From positions 603,479-667,478 of the forward strand of contig CAVNZM010000007.1 of NCBI GenBank assembly GCA_963693365.1: a stretch of 64,000 bases of DNA, in the 5' to 3' direction. Numbering within the stretch: the first letter of the stretch is position 1; each line of letters opens with the position of its first letter. Shown here piece after piece: positions 50,711 to 64,000 of this stretch. A program made the position numbers and the translations under genes. The notes beneath the pieces were generated by a model. It was given only the letters and a program-made list of their open reading frames with translations. It was not told the origin of the DNA and searched no databases. The DNA is from Amoebidium appalachense. Its lineage: Eukaryota; Protista; Ichthyosporea.

Positions 50711-50992
50711 ATGTTCGACAGCACGGTCACCACAGGCATTCTTTATGTGATATCTATATGCAGTGTCGTTGCAAATATACACTGGTACAATTTAATGAAG
50801 TCCGAACCGAATGCTAGAGAGAAAGTGAACAAAATGTATCTGGTGTACGTCAGCGCTGCTATTGTCCTCACATGTTTATTGGTTACACCATTGATGTATG
50901 CAGTCATATACTATTTCAATAAGAAGACGGGTGCTGCGGAGTACGACACCGCTCTGAGACAAACAAGTCACTCGGACTTTTATTCCGATTGA
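50711..50992 (+). CDS. Small intronless two-TM membrane protein (~93 aa), orphan
   Basis: MFDSTVTTGILYVISICSVVANIHWY...MYLVYVSAAIVLTCLLVTPLMYAVIYYFNKK: two hydrophobic segments in non-repetitive sequence. Confidence 0.6.
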   Translation: MFDSTVTTGILYVISICSVVANIHWYNLMKSEPNAREKVNKMYLVYVSAAIVLTCLLVTPLMYAVIYYFNKKTGAAEYDTALRQTSHSDFYSD

Positions 50993-51007
50993 CGTGTCAC
51001 CGCGCCA

Positions 51008-51400
51008 GCGCTGCATACAAAAAGACCCGAAGTGGAGTATACGACAAACCCAGCGCCAGCGCTTCATACCCAAAGTGGATACAATAAAAAGACAGTTGCT
51101 GTGTGTGCAAAGCTGTGTGTGCAAAAAGAGGGGAAATAAGCGCTGCATACAAAAGCCCCGAAGTGGAGTATACGACAAACCCAGCGCCAGCGCTTCATAC
51201 CCAAAGTGGATACAACAAAAAGACAGTTGCTGTGTGTGCAAAGCTGTGTGTGCAAAAAGAGGGGAAATAAGCGCTGCATACAAAAGCCCCGAAGTGGAGT
51301 ATACGACAAACCCAGCGCCAGCGCTTCATACCCAAAGTGGATACAATAAAAAGACAGTTGCTGTGTGTGCAAAGCTGTGTGTGCAAAAAGAGGGGAAATA
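51008..51400. repeat. 131-bp tandem repeat, 3 copies
   Basis: AGCGCTGCATACAAAAG... at 51008, 51139 and 51270. Confidence 0.95.
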
Positions 51401-51429
51401 AATACTTTAAACGTGCATGCAATATACAT

Positions 51430-52086
51430 CGATAGACTTATGAAAGCACACAAACTGTGTGCCACACGGGCATGCATGCATGGGGAGGGAGTGTGGGGTG
51501 GGGGGAGGGGGGGGGGGGTGGGGGGGGGAGACTTTGAACGTGCATGCAATAGACTTATGAAAGCACACAAACTGTGTGCCACACGGGCATGCATGCATCG
51601 ATAGACTTATGAAAGCACACAAACTGTGTGCCACACGGGCATGCATGCATGGGGAGGGAGTGTGGGGTGGGGGGGGGGGGGGAGGGGGGGGGGGGGGGGG
51701 GGAGGGGGGAGGGGGGGGGGAGACTTTGAACGTGCATTTATGAAAGCACACAAACTGTGTGCCACACGGGCATGCATGCATCGATAGACTTATGAAAGCA
51801 CACAAACTGTGTGCCACACGGGCATGCATGCATGGGGAGGGAGTGTGGGGTGGGGGGGGGGGGGGGGGGGGGGGGAGGGGGGGGGGGGGGGGGGAGACTT
51901 TGAACGTGCATGCAATAGACTTATGAAAGCACACAAACTGTGTGCCACACGGGCATGCATGCACGGGGTTTAGGGTTTAGGGTAAGGTGGGGGGGGGGGG
52001 AGACTTTGAACGTGCATGCATCGATAGACTTATGAAAGCACACAAACTGTGTGCCACACGGGCATGCATGCATGGGGAGGGAGTGT

Positions 52087-52117
<31 letters not shown>

Positions 52118-52140
52118 GAGACTTTGAACGTGCATGCAAG
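51430..52140. repeat. Modular repeat: constant ~46-bp unit alternating with poly-G tracts
   Basis: (GAC)TTATGAAAGCACACAAACTGTGTGCCACACGGGCATGCATGCA occurs ~8 times, separated by TCGATA or G-run + GAGACTTTGAACGTGCA linkers. Confidence 0.9.
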
Positions 52141-52483
52141 TGTGTACCAAAAGGGACCTGGACTTCTTTGTATACAATCGATATTTAATCGGTTGAAAAC
52201 AGCAAAACAAGACTTGTACATATATAATAACCACAAGATACTAAACCATCCAGAAGACTTGTACATATATAATAACCACAAGATACTAAACCATCCAGAA
52301 CCAGAAAAAAAAAGATGCCTACATGCTATGATCCATAAGATGCTCGTTAACATAAATACAGAAACCGTAAGGTGCTACCAGTATCAACAGTCATATATTA
52401 AAATACATCAGCCAGCCCCTGTGGCCATACCCAGCCCCTGACACATACAACAAAATCAAAACACACCCCTCACCACTCCCAAC

Positions 52484-53756
52484 CTAATCTTCATCGTTTT
52501 CATCACTGTCCCCGTGAATAACCTGTATATCTGAAACTTGCTTTGCTCGTGTCCTGCCACTGCGGGCAGGGGCTGGTTTCTGACTCGGTTTTGGTTTCTT
52601 GGCTCGACCACTTTCTTTCCCTTTCTTCCCCTCGACCTTCTCGCCCAAAGCCATCATGTCCTCCAATTCCTCATCTACTGCCGTCTCAAATGACGTCTCT
52701 TCCTGGCGGTGCCGTTTGTACACACCAAAAGAATTATCTGACACCCCTCTCTTTGAACCCTGGGAATATGCAGAGGGGTTCGACATCATGGAGGCCCCAA
52801 AAGTGTGGGATTGGGTGCTGGTAACGGTGGTGAGGGACGGATTGAAGGGGGGTACGGGCATGGAAAAACCGGGTGGGGGGAGGGGGAGAATGGGCAGGGG
52901 GAGGTTGAGGGGGGTTTTGGGCTGAGTGGTACCGGGCGGGGGGAGGGTGGGGATGGGATTTTGATTGGTCGTACCAGGGGGGGGAGGGGGGGGCGAGACC
53001 GTGTTGGACGGTAATGTCGGGGAGGGGCTGGGGGTCATTCCAATCACGAAGTTTCTGTGTGCTCTCGTCGATTGTTCTACGGTATGATTCCCTCATGGTC
53101 GCAATGTGTGACTGAAGCTTGGTAATCTCGGCCCGGTATCTTTCCCCTTCAGCCTGATGCTCCAGGATATCGGCCACCTTTCCAACAAGCTGCCCTTCGA
53201 GGTCCCGATTCTTTGCCGATAACACCTGTTCCTTTGCATCAGCAAGGTGTTTTTGTTTGGCCGCCGCCGATTTTAGCTCGGCAATTTCCCCCTTAAGGAT
53301 TTGGATGTCGTGATCCTTCGTTTGTAATTCTTTCTCTGCGGCTTCCAGCTTCTCCTGCAATTCGGTGGTTGGGGTGGTGACAGCGGGTGCAGTGGCCGCA
53401 GTACCGACCTTTGCCAATGCAGAGGCAATGGCACTGTCTACTTTCGACTGCAACACAGTCTCCAAGTACTCTTCGAACATTTTTGGATCGACGGGAGCAG
53501 TGTCGCCGGAGTGTGGGGGGGGGGGTTGGATGGGGGGGGGGGACTTCCCCGCCGAAGTGTGGGGGGGTTGGATGGGGGGGGGGACTTCCCCGCCGAAGTG
53601 TGGGGGGGGTTGGATGGGGAGAGGACTTCGCCGCCGGAGTGTGGGGGGGAGTTGGATGGGGGGGGGGCTTGCGTTGTGACGGGCCCCGGGGTCGGCGGAC
53701 TTGCTGATGTTGGTTTCGTATGACCCCGACCCGGGAGCTTGCTGGGAATAATCCAT
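52484..53756 (-). CDS. Intronless Pro-rich/coiled-coil orphan protein, with a probable frameshift near 53050-52980
   Basis: MDYSQQAPG..., then PPPIQPP repeats and a heptad-like stretch ELQEKLEAAEKELQTKDHDIQILKGEIAELK. The charged C-terminus (…DEELEDMM…KKPKP…DSDENDED*) is in a different frame. Confidence 0.6.
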
Positions 53757-55718
53757 CGTGACAGTTTTCACAAAAAAAAGGATAAACAAAGGGAAAAAAA
53801 GAAAGGAAGTCTTACGTTTCTCTGCGCAAACACAGTCGTGTGCAAACCCAGTCGTGAACAAGGGAAAAAGGAAAAAAAAAAAACAAGGGAAAAAGGAAAA
53901 AAAAAAGAAAGTGCTACGAATACGATTCTCTGTTGTGAACAAAGGAAAAAGTAAAAAAAAGAGTGTTACGTTTCTCTGCGCAAACACAGTCCTGTGCAAA
54001 CCCAGTCGTGAACAAGAGAAAAAGAAAAAAAAAAAGAGAGTGTTACGTTTCTCTAGGCAAACACCGTCGTGTGCAAACACAGCCATGAACAAAAGAATCA
54101 GAAAAGTAGAAAATGACAGCGCTGTGAACTGATATAAAAAAACCGCCATCAATAATTTATGTGAAGCCATTGCGCAAAATACGATCTTATGTTACGAGAA
54201 TCAAGCATAAGAAAAACAGAACCTTTTGGCGCTGTTAGCGAATATATCTCTAATCGTGTTTGGTTCACAGGTAAACTGTATAAAAAAGGTGAATATACGA
54301 AATAAAAATATAATATACAGGACAAAACGAGCGCTAGTTTAAAACATCGAAGGATATACGCTTTCACAACATCTTATTCGCGGACCTTTTTACGTGCAAG
54401 CGTTTTGATTGGTGCATAGGGGTTGGTTCTTGCCCCACGTGATTCGCGGCGCTGATGCTCAGGGTATTCTGATTGACCGAAATCGAAGCATCGGATTCAA
54501 ATTGGGCAAATACAAAACGCTTTCCAACCAAAATCCCAAGCGCATGGTTGTTTATTTATAGAACCTTATATGTCATAAAACATACAACCCTCTTTTAGGA
54601 TTTCCCTTATTCCTTGCTCAGTCAAAACGCTCCAGGGTCGGTGCTGCTATCAGTCACTAAGTAATTTCATTGGCCAGTCATCACGTAAATGCGCCAGCCA
54701 ACAAAACCAATCGGTGATTGGTGAATAATGGTTGGGTCAACGTGATCGGGCACTGGTACTCTAGGCAAGCGCTTATCGGCATTGGTACAATCTAGTTGGT
54801 CAATACACCGTGACTCAAGGCTGCAACGCTTTTCGAAGACCAGATTCACAGGACCCTTTCCAAACAAAATTCCAAGCAAATGTCTGTGTCCGCGTAAAGT
54901 ATAAATAAACATAAATAAATTATGCTTTTTTAATATTTATTGCCTATTAGAATAAATCACAATTGTTACTCGCAAAAGGGTCTTGGTTGGGCAGGCTGGC
55001 CTTGCTACCCAAACTATTATTAGCCGATCTCACTGATTAGCTTATTATCACGTACGCGCCAATCAGTGATTCCATTGGCCAACTGAACAAAACATTAATT
55101 GGCCAGTCATCAAAAACGTGATTTTCTTGCTTGCTTCAAGCTTTGCGAAATGAGAATATATGTTCAACACTCTCTTTGCGCTCTATATACAACGGAGAAA
55201 TTACAAGAGTCCATCTTGATTCCCGAACGAACAAATATAACCAAGCGCACCACACCAGTTCGTGTTACTTTCGCCCGGCGCTGCTGTTGTACATGTTTCA
55301 AACATAACCAAGCGCGCCACACCAATTCGTGTCACTTTCGCCCAGCGCTGCTGTTGTGCATGTTTCAAACGTAATCAGGCGCACCACATCAGTTCGTGTC
55401 ACTTTCGCCCAGCGCTGCTGTTGTACATGTTTCCATTGTAATTACAAATAGGCTAGACGAAAACAACAAAGAAACTTGTTATAATAACCTGTGCACACCG
55501 CGCTATCAGTTGTCCCCTTTTTTAGCCAATACAGATACATAGAATGTCCTTCATGTTTCCCTGTGCGAGGCACATTTTAGGCTTATGCACACAATCGTAG
55601 ATTGTTTGGGATACGAAAACAGAGCACACACACAAACGAGTTCTGCTAAACACAAACATTGTTAGACTGGACACAAAAAACATAGCGCGCGCATGCACGA
55701 GCTTTCCTAGGAACGATT

Positions 55719-55866
<148 letters not shown>

Positions 55867-55981
55867 AAGCACGAGCGCTACAACACGGTGGCACAAGCAC
55901 ACAGACAGAGCGCTCTCACAGACAGTCTTACAGGCAGAGGGTGCTCACAATTACACACATCACAAAAACACACACAGCAAC

Positions 55982-61035
<5,054 letters not shown>

Positions 61036-61038
<3 letters not shown>

Positions 61039-61420
61039 GGTTTGTGGTGGGTGCGGTGGGGGAAACGTAGTTGTAGTGGTGGCGGCGGGTAGGCCCCACA
61101 TTCACATCTTACTTAGGGTTTGTGGTGGGTGCGGTGGGGGGAAACGTAGTTGTAGTGGTGGCGGCGGGTAGGCCCCACATTCACATCTTACTTAGGGTTT
61201 GTGGTGGGTGCGGTGGGGGAAACGTAGTTGTAGTGGTGGCGGCGGGTAGGCCCCACATTCACATCTTACTTAGGGTTTGTGGTGGGTGCGGTGGGGGAAA
61301 CGTAGTTGTAGTGGTGGCGGCGGGTAGGCCCCACATTCACATCTTACTTAGGGTTTGTGGTGGGTGCGGTGGGGGAAACGTATTTGTGGTGGTGTGGGCA
61401 GTAGGCACACATCCACATCT
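61036..61420. repeat. 78-bp tandem repeat, ~5 copies
   Basis: TAGGGTTTGTGGTGGGTGCGG... at 61036, 61114, 61193, 61271 and 61349. Confidence 0.95.
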
Positions 61421-61677
61421 ATAGGGGTTTGTGATGGGTGTGGTGGAGGAAAGACGTGGTACAAAGTTTTCATACCAAGTTTTCTGTAATGTTTATTCGA
61501 ATGTGATCTGCTTCAATCTTATCCAAATTTTCATGTATATTGTATTTGCCCGGTAACAGTACCAAGTTTCCGTAATGATTATTGAATGTATTTGCCCGTG
61601 GTAGCGGGAGAGACTCCATTTAATATACCCCAAGTCTCCTTTTCAATCTGTGTACAAGCACACTGGCACGTACATTG

Positions 61678-61966
<289 letters not shown>

Positions 61967-62156
61967 GATACACATGCTACCAAGTTTTCATTGAACGGTG
62001 AAGGGGAGGGGGGGGAGATAGACTCCAGCTCATCAAAATTAAACATCCCAACAGATTCTCTCGTCATTTACATTTTCCATGTTTGTGGAGATTCTCTCGT
62101 CATTTACATTTTCCATGTTTGTGGTGTAAGTCCATTCATCCTTTGTGTGTAGGTCT

Positions 62157-62417
62157 CTATGCATCCTCAGGCTCCATCATCTTCTGCAGTACAATTGCTG
62201 TCTGTCGTTGATTCTTCGGCACCCACTTCTTGAATCCACACTTCTCCGCCAACTCATCGGGCAGATCTATATAGCCCTTTTCCGCAAGCTCTTGTGCGTA
62301 TGCTCGTTGCTCCATCTGCGTCCGCCGGGTGGTGGCCTCGGTCGGCACAATAGTTGCCTGCACCACGGGTGCCTTGCCGGGCTCCTCCTTCAGCTTGTAC
62401 TCCCATCGGTACGCCAT
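62157..62417 (-). CDS. Small intronless orphan protein (86 aa)
   Basis: ATG-initiated, non-repetitive, protein-like composition (MAYRWEYKLKEEPGK...); 36 bp downstream of the neighbouring ORF. Confidence 0.55.
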   Translation of the reverse strand: MAYRWEYKLKEEPGKAPVVQATIVPTEATTRRTQMEQRAYAQELAEKGYIDLPDELAEKCGFKKWVPKNQRQTAIVLQKMMEPEDA

Positions 62418-62453
62418 ACTCTATGCCACAAAAATCTCTGCCCCCCCAACCCT

Positions 62454-62846
62454 TCAAGTGCGCTCCTTGATCACCACCGCAGGCGCATGCGCACACGTGG
62501 GGCACGCCGGGCACTTCTGCTCGGGCGGGCAGCGCGTGCATGCGGGGCACTGTGCGCACCGGGCGGGGCTGGCACCGCACACGTGGCAGCGGGGGCAGTG
62601 CGCACACTTGCGGCGGGGAACGCAGCTGCCGCAGCTGGCACACATTGGGCACGCGCGCTGGCACTTGAGCACTGCCAGGCGCCGCCGCACACGTGGGCTG
62701 AACGTGTCCCAGAGCACGTAGAGGATCAGGCCGGCCAGGATGGCCAATAGGATGGGTGAGGGCCCGGGGGTGCTGCGCGGGCTTGTGCGGATCGGGGGAG
62801 GGGGTGCGAATGGGCTGGGTGGGGGAAGGGGTGCGCCAGCGTCCAT
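62454..62846 (-). CDS. Small single-TM protein with CxxC/CPxC-repeat Cys-rich tail (130 aa)
   Basis: TM segment ILLAILAGLILYVLW followed by CQRACPMCASCGSC...CAHCPRCHVC...CAQCPACTRC...CPACPTC; GC-rich codons, no introns. Confidence 0.65.
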   Translation of the reverse strand: MDAGAPLPPPSPFAPPPPIRTSPRSTPGPSPILLAILAGLILYVLWDTFSPRVRRRLAVLKCQRACPMCASCGSCVPRRKCAHCPRCHVCGASPARCAQCPACTRCPPEQKCPACPTCAHAPAVVIKERT

Positions 62847-62905
62847 GTTACCCGGTGCACGATATAATGTGGGGTTGGGGTTGTGCGGGTAGATGGGAGG
62901 AGGGT

Positions 62906-62940
<35 letters not shown>

Positions 62941-62959
62941 CGCTCATGAGCAAGGGTAT

Positions 62960-63311
62960 GGTGATAGCGATCATGACCCTACTCTCAAGCAACACAGGTG
63001 CAAGCGCACGGTGATAGCGCTCATGACCCTACTCTCAAGCAACACAGGTGCAAGCGCACGGTGATAGCGCTCATGACCCTACTCTCAAGCAACACAGGTG
63101 CAAGCGCACGGTGATAGCGCTCATGACCCTACTCTCAAGCAACATAGGTGCAAGCGCACGGTGATAGCGCTCATGACCCTACTCTCAAGCAACACAGGTG
63201 CAAGCGCACGGTGATAGCGCTCATGACCCTACTCTCAAGCAACACAGGTGCAAGCGCACGGTGATAGCGCTCATGACCCTACTCTCAAGCAACACAGGTG
63301 CAAGCGCACGG
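62960..63311. repeat. 50-bp tandem repeat, 7 near-identical copies
   Basis: GGTGATAGCGCTCATGACCCTACTCTCAAGCAACACAGGTGCAAGCGCAC; no spacers. Confidence 0.95.
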
Positions 63312-63312
63312 G

Positions 63313-63538
63313 CAGGCCCGACCATAACCCCGTTTTTACGGTAAAAAATACCCTAAACGTTTCAAAAATACCATCATATTTTCAGTTTATGGTAAACCCC
63401 TGCAAATTTCGTGGTAAGCTAAAATAGGAACCCCCTTTCACCCCCTTTAACTGGGGATGAAAATATACCATACACCCCAGGCAAAAATATTCCGGACTTC
63501 AAAAAATACCAAGAAACAAATCCGAATTTTCGGGCTTG
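63313..63538. mobile_element. hAT-type MITE with 8-bp TSD
   Basis: TIRs CAGGCCCGA / TCGGGCTTG (1 mismatch), flanked on both sides by CGCACGGG (63305-63312 and 63539-63546). Confidence 0.75.
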
Positions 63539-63559
63539 CGCACGGGTTATGCCGAAGCA

Positions 63560-63985
63560 ACACCAATTGGATTTGGCCAATCAGCGCGGCTAGCCGATGG
63601 TAACTAGATTTATCCAACCAATCATCCGAAAAGATGTGTCATCCGCGTTTAGCCAATCAGCGCGATGACTGATGTTATTATATCCAAATCGTTTCAAATA
63701 CACCGACCTCAGCTGCACGAAAACACAACAGGATTTGGCATGCAGGGTATAGGTTTTATTTGTGGAGATTATTGACATAAATATTTTTCTGGGTAAACAC
63801 GTAGGATGGGTGTCCGATATCAACAGGCTTCGTTTCATGTTTTAGCAGTTCGCGTTCGGCTGCCCGCATACGGGCACCTATTAGCCGATCAAAGCATCAG
63901 ATTCCACAGATCACTAGACCGAGTTTGATTGGCTCAGGATAAGATTTCACATAACACTAGATCGGTTTTGATTGGCTCAGTTCGG
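63560..63985. promoter_or_regulatory. CCAAT-box cluster, putative promoter region
   Basis: At least six CCAAT/ATTGG motifs (GGCCAATCAG, AACCAATCA, AGCCAATCAG, TGATTGGCT x2). Similar motifs precede the uvrA, Cys-rich and SH2 genes. Confidence 0.4.
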
Positions 63986-64000
63986 CAGCCTTAGGTATAT

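Noticed and set aside
53757-54170. N-terminal hydrophobic extension of the 478-aa ORF
   Set aside because: Derives from T-rich tandem repeats upstream of the likelier start codon at 53756
62960-63311. Possible CRISPR-like array (also 1346-1620, 51430-52140, 58320-59560, 61036-61420)
   Set aside because: Head-to-tail repeats without unique spacers, no cas genes, eukaryotic context

Overview
Eukaryotic genomic DNA with GT-AG introns filled by (CA)n, (GA)n and poly-G/C tracts. An SH2 gene plus this intron style suggest a unicellular holozoan, possibly an ichthyosporean (inference). Most ORFs in the track are microsatellite artefacts. By splicing manually I reconstructed four genes: an SH2-domain protein (-, 4783-7422), a WTAP/FIP37 homologue (-, 12741-19880), a secreted Thr/Cys-rich protein (-, 21633-26026), and a 10-exon bacterial-type class II UvrA (UvrA2/DrrC-like, lacking the UvrB-binding domain) with an added NLS-rich N-terminus (+, 27896-36431). 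The UvrA2 is the stand-out finding. An unidentified multi-exon gene lies on the minus strand at about 38.5-48.2 kb. From 49.1 to 63.3 kb is a block of different character that starts with a GC-rich ~290-bp hairpin. It holds small intronless orphan ORFs, a divergent KDM4-like JmjN/JmjC demethylase and many minisatellites, and resembles a decaying endogenous viral or giant mobile element. A foldback-like element (1-2722) and two clear MITEs are also present.
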